Positions 38,626 to 54,734 of a stretch of DNA of 64,000 bases are shown here, in pieces. A program made the translations under genes and the position numbers. The stretch is from a phage, in NCBI GenBank assembly GCA_036253495.1, contig GCA_036253495.1_4125.1, one strand, 5' to 3'. Positions within the stretch are counted from its first letter, which is position 1. Every line of letters begins with the position of its first letter. The notes under the pieces are model-generated. The model saw nothing but the letters and a program-made list of their open reading frames with translations. It had not been told where the DNA came from and did no database searches.

Positions 38626-41600
38626 ATGTATATCGATGCTTATATGGAACGTAAACGTACTGGTGATATTCTTCACGTAGTTGAACGTAAAAACGGGAAG
38701 CGTATTCTCCGTGAACTGGAGCCAGTATTTGAGTATTATGTAGAATCACCATTAGGTACACACAAAACTGTATATGGTACAATGGCACAACATCTTGAGT
38801 TTTCTTCACAGGCTCAAATGAATAAAAGCGTAGAGCAGCACAAAAGTGAAGGTCTACGAATTTTTGAAAGTGATTGTAACATTACGTTTAAAACGTTAGC
38901 GAAAGAGTACATGGGTAAGGGTTCTCCTGACCTTAACATTGCATTCTTCGATATCGAAACAGACTTCCATAAGAAGTTTGGGTATGCACCACCATCAGAC
39001 CCGTTCAACCGTGTAACTGCAATTTCTTTGTATCAATCATGGACTGGTAAGGATTATGTTTTAACACTTCCTCCAGTTGACATGGAAATTTACGAAGCAC
39101 AAGACATTGTTCGACGTTTGAACGAAGAGACAAATGATCCTAACAGTACTGTCATCCTTTATACGGATGAAAAAGAAATGTTTATGGAATTCTTTAGTCT
39201 TATTGATGATTCTGATGTATTATCAGGGTGGAATAGTGAGTTCTTTGATATTCCATACATGATTAACCGCACAAAGAAAATCTTCAATGAAGCAACCACT
39301 GCTCGTTGGTGCTTGTGGAATAAGAAACCTAGTGCTCGTGAAGCAGATAACTTTGGTAAAACTGTAGTAACCTATGATTTAGTTGGTCGTGTTCACTTAG
39401 ATTATCTTGCTCTTTATAAGAAACATGCTGGTCAAGTTGAACAATCATATAAACTAGATTACATTGCAGAGAAAGTAACTAAAGAGAATAAAGTATCTTA
39501 TGAAGGTTCTTTGGATAAACTATATCGTGAAGATTACATTACCTTCTTGCGTTATTCTAAGCAGGATAGTATTCTTCTGAAGAAAATTGATGCTGTATGT
39601 GACTTTATCAACCTACACAACCGTCTTGCTCATAAAGAGTGTGTACTAATTAGTACTACAATGGGTTCGGTAGCTCTGATTGATACTGCAATTATTAACC
39701 TTGCACATAGTCGTGGTGAAGTGGTATTCAACAAAGCACCTAAAGATGATTTTGAAGTTGATTATGAAACAGAATCATATGAAGATGAAGATGATGAAGC
39801 AGATGAGAAAATTAGTGCTAAAGCTGCTGGTGCATGGGTACAAGATCCAGTACTAGGTTTGGTGAGTGATTTGGGATGTACTGACTTTAACTCACTGTAT
39901 CCAACTGTACTTCGTACATTAGGTATGAGTACTGAATGCATTCTTGGGCAACTTCGTCAGGATTACACTGATGCGTATCTTGCTGCTAAAATTCAAGAGC
40001 AAAAGGCCAAATCCAAATCGAAATCATTCGAACCAGACTGGACTGCTGCATGGCATGGTTTGTTTGCTGCTGTTGAGTTTACAATGGTTCATGAGAAATC
40101 AGATCAAACAATCATTGTTGATTTGGAAGATGGAAGTTCTTTCCATGCGACTGGCAAAGAGTTGTATGATATAATCTTTGCCGAGGACAGTACTATTGTT
40201 CTAAGTGCTAACGGAACACTATTTGACAAGTCTAAGTATGGTGTAATTCCAGACATTCTAACTCAATGGTATTCTGAACGTAAAGCACAACAAAAGATGG
40301 TAATTGATTACAAACACATGTATAGTGATGGTTGGGAATTTAATGGTCATGAGAAAGTTGAACCACTTCTATCCAACTATATTCCTGGTACAATGTTCCG
40401 CACCAACTTACATGAAAATGATCCTGTTTATCTATTGCGTATTGCAATTGGTAAAGGTCAATGGGAAGATGTAGCTAAACTAATTGTTGAAAATGGTTTA
40501 GAACTAAAAGACGGAAGAATTTTCTGTTCTAAAGAAGATAAAGCATATTTCAAACAACAAAGTGCATTCTGGAAACAGAACCAGCAGATTCGTAAGATTC
40601 TTCTAAACAGTCTATATGGTGCACTATTGAACAAAGGTTCACGTTTCTTTGATAAGCGTTTGGGTCAGTCTGTTACCTTAACTGGTCGTTCTATGACTAA
40701 ACACATGGCGAGTCGTATCAATGAAATTACAACTGGTGTTTACAATCACCAGGGTGGTTCTGTAATTTATGGTGATACTGACTCCGTATACTTCAGTGTA
40801 ACCCATTACTTGAAAGAACAAGGTATTCCGTACAATCTATCTAAAGAAGAAATTGTTGATATGTACATTAAAATTGGTGATGAAGTTGGTGAGTCCTTCC
40901 CATCTTTTATGCATCAGATGTTCAACACTGGAATTGAGAAAGGTAAGATTGTAGGTGCTGACCTTGAGATGGTAGGTTCTCGTGGATTGTTCCTGAAGAA
41001 GAAACGTTATGCAATTCTGAAGTACTGGGAAGATGGATTCCGTAAAGATGTTGATGGTAAACCTGGTGAAATCAAGGCAATGGGTCTTGAGATTAAACGT
41101 TCAGATACGCCAAAATACATCCAGAACTTCCTAGAAGAGACTCTAATCGCTCTACTGGTAGGGGAGTCAGAGGCTGAACTAAAACAGCGTGTACGTGACT
41201 TTAAAGCGGTATTTAAAGACATTCCTGTACACGAGAAAGGTTCTCCGCGTACCGTTAAGAACTACACTAATCTGGAAGCTGAATATAACACTACTGGTAA
41301 GTGTAAAGTTGGACACGTATTGGCAGGTATTCAATGGAACCGTCTACGTGAAGTGTATGATGACAAGTCAGTACCAGAAGTTACTGATGGTACAAAAGTT
41401 ATCGTGTGTAATCTAAAAGATAACCCAATGGGAATTAAAGCTGTAGGATATCCAATTGACTGTGTAGAGTATCTACCTGAATGGTTCTTAGAATTACCGT
41501 TTGATAGTGAGAAAATGGAAGAGATAGTTTTAACTAAGAAATTAGAAAACATCTTTGGTATTCTCGATATGGATATTGGTATTCATGAGAAAAGTACAGC

Positions 41601-41631
41601 AGCAGTTAACAATGGTTTCTTCTCTTGGTAA
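38626..41631 (+). CDS. 43: family B DNA polymerase (T4 gp43-like)
   Basis: 1001 aa; exonuclease motif FFDIETD, polymerase motif C YGDTDSVYF, LYPTVLR region. Confidence 0.9.
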   Translation: MYIDAYMERKRTGDILHVVERKNGKRILRELEPVFEYYVESPLGTHKTVYGTMAQHLEFSSQAQMNKSVEQHKSEGLRIFESDCNITFKTLAKEYMGKGSPDLNIAFFDIETDFHKKFGYAPPSDPFNRVTAISLYQSWTGKDYVLTLPPVDMEIYEAQDIVRRLNEETNDPNSTVILYTDEKEMFMEFFSLIDDSDVLSGWNSEFFDIPYMINRTKKIFNEATTARWCLWNKKPSAREADNFGKTVVTYDLVGRVHLDYLALYKKHAGQVEQSYKLDYIAEKVTKENKVSYEGSLDKLYREDYITFLRYSKQDSILLKKIDAVCDFINLHNRLAHKECVLISTTMGSVALIDTAIINLAHSRGEVVFNKAPKDDFEVDYETESYEDEDDEADEKISAKAAGAWVQDPVLGLVSDLGCTDFNSLYPTVLRTLGMSTECILGQLRQDYTDAYLAAKIQEQKAKSKSKSFEPDWTAAWHGLFAAVEFTMVHEKSDQTIIVDLEDGSSFHATGKELYDIIFAEDSTIVLSANGTLFDKSKYGVIPDILTQWYSERKAQQKMVIDYKHMYSDGWEFNGHEKVEPLLSNYIPGTMFRTNLHENDPVYLLRIAIGKGQWEDVAKLIVENGLELKDGRIFCSKEDKAYFKQQSAFWKQNQQIRKILLNSLYGALLNKGSRFFDKRLGQSVTLTGRSMTKHMASRINEITTGVYNHQGGSVIYGDTDSVYFSVTHYLKEQGIPYNLSKEEIVDMYIKIGDEVGESFPSFMHQMFNTGIEKGKIVGADLEMVGSRGLFLKKKRYAILKYWEDGFRKDVDGKPGEIKAMGLEIKRSDTPKYIQNFLEETLIALLVGESEAELKQRVRDFKAVFKDIPVHEKGSPRTVKNYTNLEAEYNTTGKCKVGHVLAGIQWNRLREVYDDKSVPEVTDGTKVIVCNLKDNPMGIKAVGYPIDCVEYLPEWFLELPFDSEKMEEIVLTKKLENIFGILDMDIGIHEKSTAAVNNGFFSW

Positions 41632-41789
41632 GGATAATATTATGACTAAATTAGTAAATGATGAAGTAGAACTAAGCTACAATGAAGTATATGATGTATA
41701 TTCAAACGCAGAACTTGAAATTACTGAAGATGATTTGAATTCAGCATGGGAAGTATATGTGAAGTGGGCCGCTACTCAAGGGGATAAAC

Positions 41790-42101
41790 ATGAGTAATGT
41801 TTACAAACGTATTGGTGAAGTACTGGAAGATAGCACAATTATCAATTCAGTACTTGCGTATGATAATGATGAAGAAGAAGTACTAAAAGGTGCGGGTTTT
41901 ACCCGTACTGGTTCGGTTGTTATTGATGGTGATATTGTGGATGTATACTCACTAGCCAAAAAACGTAAGGTTGTCGTGATAGATGAGTCTTGGACACAAC
42001 AAGACTTGGATAATTTACACAAAACAAAAACCATCAACCGCATTGGTATGAGTTCAAACATCGATAAACCATATCTAAAAAAATGGAATACAAAATTCTG
42101 A
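41790..42101 (+). CDS. hypothetical protein
   Basis: 103-aa ORF with AAGGGGA RBS. Confidence 0.45.
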   Translation: MSNVYKRIGEVLEDSTIINSVLAYDNDEEEVLKGAGFTRTGSVVIDGDIVDVYSLAKKRKVVVIDESWTQQDLDNLHKTKTINRIGMSSNIDKPYLKKWNTKF

Positions 42102-42109
42102 TAAAATAA

Positions 42110-42139
42110 TTGAGACAAGCACTGTTAACGAGATATAAT
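42110..42139 (+). promoter_or_regulatory. sigma70-type promoter (TTGAGA-18 nt-TATAAT)
   Basis: Hexamers at 42110-42115 and 42134-42139, upstream of ATG 42195. Confidence 0.5.
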
Positions 42140-42194
42140 GGTGCTTGTCATAGACTTGACATTAACGAACAAAACAATAAACGGAGAATATATA

Positions 42195-42926
42195 ATGGAT
42201 CTACGCAATGTACTACGTGACCTAGTTAACACCACTAGCGGTATTGATTTTTCTTGTATCGCAATCAGCAGTGAAGACCGTGGTGAAGGTCAACGCGTTT
42301 ACATGGAAGCATATACCGATGACCGCACTTTGGTTATGCGTGCATACACTAAAGAAGACGTTCCAGAAGTTCAAGGTCGTTTTGGTCTAGGTAACTTGGG
42401 TCTTCTACAAGGTCTAATGTCCCTAAAGACTTACAGTACTGAAGGTACTACTATCACTTCTAATTTGAAAGATGGTGTTGTTAAAAGCCTAGCATTCAAA
42501 TCTGAAGAAGCAAGCACTACCTTTATGGTACAAGCTGAAAAACTAATTCCACCACAACCACGTTTCACTGAACAACCATATGACGTACAGGTTACACCTA
42601 GTGCAGCTAAAGTTCAGGAACTAAAGAGTTTCTCTGGTGTGTTTAAATCTTTCAGTTCACTAGTTACCCCATACACTGAAGGTGACACCCTTTACTTCCA
42701 CGTTGGTGAGAAGAACAAGAGTAACCACGTTGGTGCTCTAGCTTTCTCTAAAACTGAAGGTGAATTAGGTTTGGGCTTTGGTTATAACATTGACCGTGTT
42801 CTTCAAGCATTAGCTCGTGTATCTAATGCAGAATCAGTAACACTTGGTTTAACCAAGACTGGTATGATGAACGTTACATTAGATACTGGTATCGCAGTAT
42901 ACAAAATCTATGTAACTGGTTGTTAA
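42195..42926 (+). CDS. putative sliding clamp (gp45-like) or abundant structural protein; uncertain
   Basis: 244 aa; size and weak pattern resemblance to gp45; highly-expressed-type codon usage. Confidence 0.3.
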   Translation: MDLRNVLRDLVNTTSGIDFSCIAISSEDRGEGQRVYMEAYTDDRTLVMRAYTKEDVPEVQGRFGLGNLGLLQGLMSLKTYSTEGTTITSNLKDGVVKSLAFKSEEASTTFMVQAEKLIPPQPRFTEQPYDVQVTPSAAKVQELKSFSGVFKSFSSLVTPYTEGDTLYFHVGEKNKSNHVGALAFSKTEGELGLGFGYNIDRVLQALARVSNAESVTLGLTKTGMMNVTLDTGIAVYKIYVTGC

Positions 42927-42936
42927 TAAAAGTACA

Positions 42937-42966
42937 GGGGAACTGGAGTTCCCCTTTTGGTTTTAA
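42937..42966 (+). terminator. rho-independent terminator
   Basis: GGGGAAC-TGGA-GTTCCCC hairpin followed by TTTTGGTTTT. Confidence 0.65.
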
Positions 42967-42985
42967 AAGTAAAGGAAGATATAAA

Positions 42986-43192
42986 ATGCCACTATATACA
43001 TATCGTTGTGAAAAAGAAGACTGTAAACACAGTATGGATAAAATTGTAAAAATCGCAAATCGTGAAGAACCACACGATTGTCCTATTTGTAATGGTGAAA
43101 AAACCATGAAATTGGAATTGTTCACTCCAGGTGATAAAGGGGCTAATCTTTATTTCCGTGGTAAATGGTTTGCAAACACTGGAGGTTACTAA
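42986..43192 (+). CDS. FmdB-type zinc-ribbon protein
   Basis: 68 aa; MPLYTYRCEKEDCKH...HDCPICNGEK: two CxxC pairs with the typical N-terminal MP.Y.Y.C signature. Confidence 0.55.
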   Translation: MPLYTYRCEKEDCKHSMDKIVKIANREEPHDCPICNGEKTMKLELFTPGDKGANLYFRGKWFANTGGY

Positions 43193-43194
43193 TA

Positions 43195-43493
43195 TGAAAC
43201 TAAAAATGATTAACGATTATGTTCTTGTTCGTCAGATTGAAGCACAAAACAAAAGTACTGGTGGTATTATCCTCGGTAATGTAGAGCCTCCATGTGTTGG
43301 TATGGTTATTTCTGTTGGTGAAGGTAAAGTACTACCAAATGGTCAAATCGCTGAACATAACATTCGTGAGGGTGATATGGTTGTTTTTGGTCGTTCTTCT
43401 CTGAACACCCCCCTGACTGAAGATCTTGGTGGTGGTGAAGATACATACTATGTAATGAAAATTGAAGAAATCTTTGGAAAGAAAAATGGCTAA
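43195..43493 (+). CDS. GroES-like co-chaperonin (Hsp10; functional analogue of T4 gp31)
   Basis: MKLKMINDYVLVRQIEAQNKSTGGIILG...GMVISVGEGKVLPNGQ...GDMVVFG aligns along its length with GroES ([27 protein letters not shown]...GEVLAVGNGRILENGE...GDIVIF). Confidence 0.7.
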
Positions 43494-44211
43494 GAAAAGG
43501 TTATTACCTTTCTGGATGGTCCCCGCTCATTGGGGACTTTCTGGTAAAGCGAAAGAGATTGCTAAAGCATACTATTACAATGACGATTATGAAGCAGATT
43601 TGAAAGTTGCAGAACTAACATATCTTACTGAATATGAAGTTGATGTTGCACAATTGGACATTAAAAAGAAATATGGTGTTATTGATACACTAAAATATCT
43701 AATTGAACAGGCGGCTGTCGAATTAAAGTACTCTAAGATTACACGTGAAGAGTACGATTTAAAAGTACTTGACGCAAAGTTAAGTACTGATACTATTACT
43801 CAAAAAGAGTATGATATGGAAGTAATCGAGCTAATGCCTGAAGGTGATGATAAACGATTGAAAGCCATTGAGTATGCGTATAAGTATGATGAAATTACAC
43901 AACAAGAGTATTCAAAGGAAATCTATACATTACGTAAAGAGCCTTGGATTGATTTGGATGTAATTTTGAATCCTGATACAAACGAAGTAGAATTTGTATT
44001 TGATTACAATGAATACTTTTGGAAGAAATTAAAAGCCGAAGGTCACCCAGGAACGGATGAAGAAGAGATTATTGATAACTTTGTTCGTGATTTGGGTCGC
44101 AAATTAGCTACTGACGATTATAGTGATAACGAAGATGCAAAGCTAGTGAGTGCGAACGCAGGGTTAGAGAATCTACCTGGTTTACCTGAAGGTTTCAAAT
44201 CATACAAATAA
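43486..44211 (+). CDS. hypothetical protein with internal short repeats
   Basis: About 241 aa; repeated units KITREEYDLKVLDAKLS / TITQKEYDMEVIELMPE / EITQQEYSKEIYTLRKE. Confidence 0.45.
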   Translation: MAKKRLLPFWMVPAHWGLSGKAKEIAKAYYYNDDYEADLKVAELTYLTEYEVDVAQLDIKKKYGVIDTLKYLIEQAAVELKYSKITREEYDLKVLDAKLSTDTITQKEYDMEVIELMPEGDDKRLKAIEYAYKYDEITQQEYSKEIYTLRKEPWIDLDVILNPDTNEVEFVFDYNEYFWKKLKAEGHPGTDEEEIIDNFVRDLGRKLATDDYSDNEDAKLVSANAGLENLPGLPEGFKSYK

Positions 44212-44216
44212 AAAAA

Positions 44217-44240
44217 AGGAGAACAATATGTTCTCCTTTT
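44217..44240. terminator. bidirectional rho-independent terminator between convergent genes
   Basis: AAGGAGAAC-AATAT-GTTCTCCTT hairpin flanked by A-run upstream and T-run downstream. Confidence 0.65.
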
Positions 44241-44254
44241 CTTGTATTAATTTA

Positions 44255-44947
44255 TTAAACCATTGCTGGGATAGATTTGAACATCTTGATACCGAAATCA
44301 CCAGCAGCATCAGCAGCTTGGGATTTTAGGAAGACTTCAGTAACGCCATCTTTTGCAAGCATTGGGATACCAGTTAGATCGTCGATAAGTAGGCGACCTT
44401 CTTCGATTTCAGTACTTGGAACGCCTTGGAAAGATACTAGGTCTTTGTCAAATACGTTCGCACGCTCAACTAGGAAAGTAACAACAGAAGCACTTGCAAT
44501 ATCAACAGTACCAACACTTAGTACACCATCAACTGCGTTAGTGAAACCTTCAACTGCTAGTGGAGCGGAAGCATCATTACCACCGATTTCAGAAGTACTT
44601 AGAACAACTGCACGTTGTTGAACAACATCAACTAGACGTTTAACGTTAGTTTGAGCAGCGTAGGAAGCATTGTAATCAGCTTCAACAGTTGCAACTTCGA
44701 ATGGAGTACCGTCGATACGGATGATACCTTTGTCATTTAGATATTCGGTAATAACTTCAGGAATATCAGTGTTTAGAAAACGTTGTAGACCAGCAAAAGA
44801 ACCAACTGCACCAGTAACACGCACGTTAACGTCACCTAGTTTACTAACAGCGATAGAAGCTAGGGCGTTAGTACCACAGAAATAACCTAGAATTTTGTCA
44901 AAAGAATAACCGTTAATTCGTTCAAAAGAAGTATTAATATTAGACAT
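44255..44947 (-). CDS. abundant-protein-like paralog A (unknown; putative virion component)
   Basis: 230 aa; shares VVQQRAVVLSTSE with the next gene (LLQQRAVLVTTSV); codon usage matches the capsid and scaffold genes. Confidence 0.55.
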   Translation of the reverse strand: MSNINTSFERINGYSFDKILGYFCGTNALASIAVSKLGDVNVRVTGAVGSFAGLQRFLNTDIPEVITEYLNDKGIIRIDGTPFEVATVEADYNASYAAQTNVKRLVDVVQQRAVVLSTSEIGGNDASAPLAVEGFTNAVDGVLSVGTVDIASASVVTFLVERANVFDKDLVSFQGVPSTEIEEGRLLIDDLTGIPMLAKDGVTEVFLKSQAADAAGDFGIKMFKSIPAMV

Positions 44948-44962
44948 GTTAATCTCCTTATA

Positions 44963-45562
44963 TTATAGTTGAACTGGTAGAGCAGCACGAACTTTAATAG
45001 CTACAGCTTTAGCAGCTTCAGCATCACCAACACCATCAGTAGTAACATCTACGAAAGATTTAGTACGGAAGAATTTAGCTTGAGCGATTACTTTAGCTAG
45101 TTCAACAGTTGGATCAACTGGAACAGAGTAAGCAGCACCTGGACGAACATCTTGTTTAGCGAAAACGTCTTGACGTTCGCAGATGAAGGTTAGTGCAACA
45201 GAACCAGCACCGCCAGCAACATCAGCACCAGAAGTACCGAAAGCAACTACGTTACCGCCAACAGTTTTGAAATCCGCTGGGATTACTACGTCAGTGTCAA
45301 GAGCTAGTACAGAAGTAGTAACTAGAACAGCACGTTGTTGTAGTAGTTGGGTTAGCATGAATTGGTTGTATTGTGCGTTAGTGATCGCAGTTTGTAGTGC
45401 TTCATCTTGTAGTTCAGAACCATCGGAAGTTACTTTGGTAGTACCAACTTCAACATCTGCTGGTAGATCAACAACGATAGTTACAAAACCATTATCACCA
45501 CCCCAGTACTCACGGGAGTTAGCAGACATACCATAGTTACGGTTAAAAGAATTAAGACTCAT
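44963..45562 (-). CDS. abundant-protein-like paralog B (unknown; putative virion component)
   Basis: 199 aa; paralogous to 44255-44947; same codon-usage signature. Confidence 0.55.
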   Translation of the reverse strand: MSLNSFNRNYGMSANSREYWGGDNGFVTIVVDLPADVEVGTTKVTSDGSELQDEALQTAITNAQYNQFMLTQLLQQRAVLVTTSVLALDTDVVIPADFKTVGGNVVAFGTSGADVAGGAGSVALTFICERQDVFAKQDVRPGAAYSVPVDPTVELAKVIAQAKFFRTKSFVDVTTDGVGDAEAAKAVAIKVRAALPVQL

Positions 45563-45605
45563 AAAAATCTCCTTGTCAATTTTGTGCAGGACTCTCCTGC
45601 TTAAG

Positions 45606-45685
45606 ATTATTTATCAATTATTTAAAAGCACCCACATAATAAGTGATTTTCTTTCCTTGATTATATGCTATTATTTATCAATTAT
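45606..45685 (-). promoter_or_regulatory. two copies of a 16-nt direct repeat (ATTATTTATCAATTAT) upstream of the paralog operon; on the minus strand each contains GATAAATA
   Basis: Exact copies at 45606-45621 and 45670-45685. Confidence 0.4.
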
Positions 45686-45704
45686 GGGAAGAGACATTTA
45701 TATG

Positions 45705-45713
45705 TGCTATAAT
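45705..45713 (+). promoter_or_regulatory. extended -10 promoter (TGcTATAAT) upstream of RNase H gene
   Basis: TGTGCTATAAT motif about 80 nt upstream of ATG 45792. Confidence 0.45.
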
Positions 45714-45779
45714 TATTAACGAAAAACACGAAAAATGGATTTTCATGGCATCCAGAATGGTAACATCCATCACCGATAA

Positions 45780-47265
<1,486 letters not shown>

Positions 47266-47297
47266 CTGGAGAGGGATGCCGTATGGTGTCCCTATAG

Positions 47298-52199
<4,902 letters not shown>

Positions 52200-52222
52200 T
52201 TAGTATTAGATAAATGTACGTA

Positions 52223-52250
52223 GGGCAACGGAGTTTGCCCTATTTTATTT
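52223..52250 (+). terminator. rho-independent terminator
   Basis: GGGCAA-CGGAGT-TTGCCC hairpin followed by TATTTTATTT. Confidence 0.6.
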
Positions 52251-52272
52251 CATAAAATTCAAGGAGTGAATT

Positions 52273-53391
52273 ATGAAAATGACAAGTGGTTTTGCAAACA
52301 TTCTAAAAAATAGTACTGGTAGTGTTAAAAAGAATACAGGTGTAAGTGTTGGTTTTCACGATCCAGACACATGGATTAGTACTGGTAACTACGCTCTGAA
52401 CTACCGTATTAGTGGTTATTTTGACCGTGGTATTCCACTAGGTAAAGTAACTATGTTTGCTGGCGAATCTGGTTCTGGTAAATCATTTATCGTATCTGGT
52501 AACATCGCACGTGAAGCACAACAGCAAGGTATCTTCGTTGTCATGATTGACTCTGAAAACGCCCTTGATTCTGATTGGCTACATGCACTCGGAGTAGATA
52601 CTTCCGAAGAAAAATTATTGAAAGTAAACATGGGTATGATTGGCGACGTTGCTAAATTCACCTATGAGTTCATTGAAGGGTATCGTAAAGAATACGAAAA
52701 TACCCCTAAAGAAGAACGTCAAAAAGTGTTGTTCATTATCGATTCTATTGGTATGCTTAACACTGAAGTTGCAAATGACCAAATGAAAGCTGGTAACCTA
52801 AAAGGTGATATGGGTCACAAACCTAAACAGCTTAAAGCATATATCACGAACTGTGTAAACAGTATCGGGGCATTGAACATTGGTATGGTTTGTGTTAACC
52901 ATAGTTATGAGTCACAGGACATGTTCAACCCTGATCCTAAAGTTTCCGGTGGTAGCGGATTGATTTATGCATCATCTATGGTAATTGCAATGGGTAAACT
53001 AAAACTTAAAGAAGATGAAGACGGTAATAAAACATCTGATGTAAGTGGTATTCGTTCAAAATGTAAAGTAATGAAAACACGTTATAATAAACCGTTTGAA
53101 GATGTAGAAATCAAGATTCCTTGGGATAAAGGAATGGACCCACGTAGTGGTCTACTAGATATGTTCGAGAAATACGGCCTGATTGTTAAATCTGGTAACC
53201 GACTAATGTATGTAGACATTGACACTGGTGAACAAATCCTCAAGTATCGCAAAGACTGGATGCGTAATGAAGATTCATGTTTAGATTTGGTTATGCATCA
53301 ATTTAAACGTCACCCACTGATTGAAGAAGTCAAGGAAGAAGAAAAAGGTGATGAATCTTTTGGTACTGACATTGAACTCGGTGAGGAATAA
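52273..53391 (+). CDS. uvsX: UvsX recombinase (RecA-like)
   Basis: Walker A GESGSGKSF, IDSIGML, NHSYESQ, SGLLDMF match T4 UvsX (GPSKSFKS, IDSLGNL, NHTYETQ, SGLLDMA). Confidence 0.9.
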   Translation: MKMTSGFANILKNSTGSVKKNTGVSVGFHDPDTWISTGNYALNYRISGYFDRGIPLGKVTMFAGESGSGKSFIVSGNIAREAQQQGIFVVMIDSENALDSDWLHALGVDTSEEKLLKVNMGMIGDVAKFTYEFIEGYRKEYENTPKEERQKVLFIIDSIGMLNTEVANDQMKAGNLKGDMGHKPKQLKAYITNCVNSIGALNIGMVCVNHSYESQDMFNPDPKVSGGSGLIYASSMVIAMGKLKLKEDEDGNKTSDVSGIRSKCKVMKTRYNKPFEDVEIKIPWDKGMDPRSGLLDMFEKYGLIVKSGNRLMYVDIDTGEQILKYRKDWMRNEDSCLDLVMHQFKRHPLIEEVKEEEKGDESFGTDIELGEE

Positions 53392-53852
53392 TGAAACCTT
53401 GGCATTGGATCATTAAAGATGATAAAAGCAAACTTATTGATATGATTACATTCTTCGATGAAGAAATCGAAGAAGCACGTAAGGAAGTCAAGAAGATTGG
53501 TATCATTGAAAAGATTGCTCAAGAAATCCCTGGCTGGCATGAGACACGTCTTAGTCAGCTTCAAGAACTTGAAGCAGTACTGGAAATGTTAGAAATTGAA
53601 ATGAAGCAGATACAAGCTGAAAAGTTCAAATACTATCTTGAGGCATACCGTAGAGCATTATCATCATCTGATTGTAAAAAGTATGTTGATGGTGATAAAG
53701 AAGTATGTGAATTATATGAACTAATTAATGAAGTATCATATATTCGAAATCAATATAGTAGCATTGTTAAATCGTTGGAGATGAAAGCATTTCAACTTAA
53801 CAATATAGTAAAACTAAGAACAGCAGGTATCGAAGATGCTCGTTTAGAATAA
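53391..53852 (+). CDS. hypothetical coiled-coil protein
   Basis: 153-aa ORF, start overlapping uvsX stop. Confidence 0.45.
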   Translation: MKPWHWIIKDDKSKLIDMITFFDEEIEEARKEVKKIGIIEKIAQEIPGWHETRLSQLQELEAVLEMLEIEMKQIQAEKFKYYLEAYRRALSSSDCKKYVDGDKEVCELYELINEVSYIRNQYSSIVKSLEMKAFQLNNIVKLRTAGIEDARLE

Positions 53853-53862
53853 ACTAATCATA

Positions 53863-53890
53863 AGGACGCAATCATGCGTCCTTTTTATTT
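53863..53890 (+). terminator. rho-independent terminator
   Basis: AGGACGC-AATCAT-GCGTCCT hairpin followed by TTTTTATTT. Confidence 0.65.
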
Positions 53891-53901
53891 GAGAAAAAAA
53901 C

Positions 53902-54720
53902 ATGTCTAAAATAGATGATTTTCTAAAACAAGTCTCAGTACTCGACACTGAAACCACTGGTGTTGAGAGTGATGATGATATTATTGAATTTAGTATTTCT
54001 TATCCTCAAAATGCACATGAAAATATTGACACAGTTGATAACTATACATTGCGATATAAACCATTGAAAGACATTCCACCTGAAGCGTCGGCAGTGCATT
54101 TTATCAGTACTGAAGATGTTGCAAATTGTATTGGGTATAAAGATGATCTTGAAAATATTGACGCACTAATGGGGTGTAGAGAATATTATGTTGGTCATAA
54201 TGTGCAATTTGACCGTAGAATGATGGTTGATAATGAATATAAATATCGTAACTCAATTTCACAGTATCTTCTTGATGAGGATAAATGGATTTGTACCCTT
54301 CGTTTTGCTAAGAAAATGTTTGCTGAAGATGTAGAATTCAAAAATCTAACACTAAGTTATTTGTGGTATAAATTTGGATGTTATCGTGATGTACATCGTC
54401 CTGTTAATGCTCATGCTGCAAAAGATGATGTATTCATGTGCTATCAGGTTCTAATTAAACTTATTGAAGTTGCTATTGAACGTGGTCATATTGATCCAGA
54501 ACAGGATATTGGTGAACAAATTGTCACATTCTGCAATACACCAATGCGTTATCAATTTATGCCATTTGGTAAGCATAAAGGCGAACCAATGAGTACTGTA
54601 CCATTGAATTACATTGAATGGATGATTACTAATAGTGATATCCTAGACACGAGTAATCCAAACTGTGATAAAGATTTAGTATATACATTTGAGTACGAGT
54701 ATAGTAGTCGTACTAACTAA
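53902..54720 (+). CDS. DEDDh 3'-5' exonuclease (DnaQ-like; DexA/ExoX-like) with C-terminal KHKGEP-type domain
   Basis: Exo I VLDTETTG, Exo II YVGHNVQFD, Exo III HRPVNAHAAKDD; C-terminal FGKHKGEPMSTVPLNYIEWM. Confidence 0.75.
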   Translation: MSKIDDFLKQVSVLDTETTGVESDDDIIEFSISYPQNAHENIDTVDNYTLRYKPLKDIPPEASAVHFISTEDVANCIGYKDDLENIDALMGCREYYVGHNVQFDRRMMVDNEYKYRNSISQYLLDEDKWICTLRFAKKMFAEDVEFKNLTLSYLWYKFGCYRDVHRPVNAHAAKDDVFMCYQVLIKLIEVAIERGHIDPEQDIGEQIVTFCNTPMRYQFMPFGKHKGEPMSTVPLNYIEWMITNSDILDTSNPNCDKDLVYTFEYEYSSRTN

Positions 54721-54734
54721 AAGGATATTCATGG

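Noticed and set aside
42141-42150. T4 MotA-box middle promoter (TGCTTGTCA resembles the TGCTT core)
   Set aside because: It lies downstream of the -10 element rather than at -30, and no such box precedes the other TGnTATAAT promoters.
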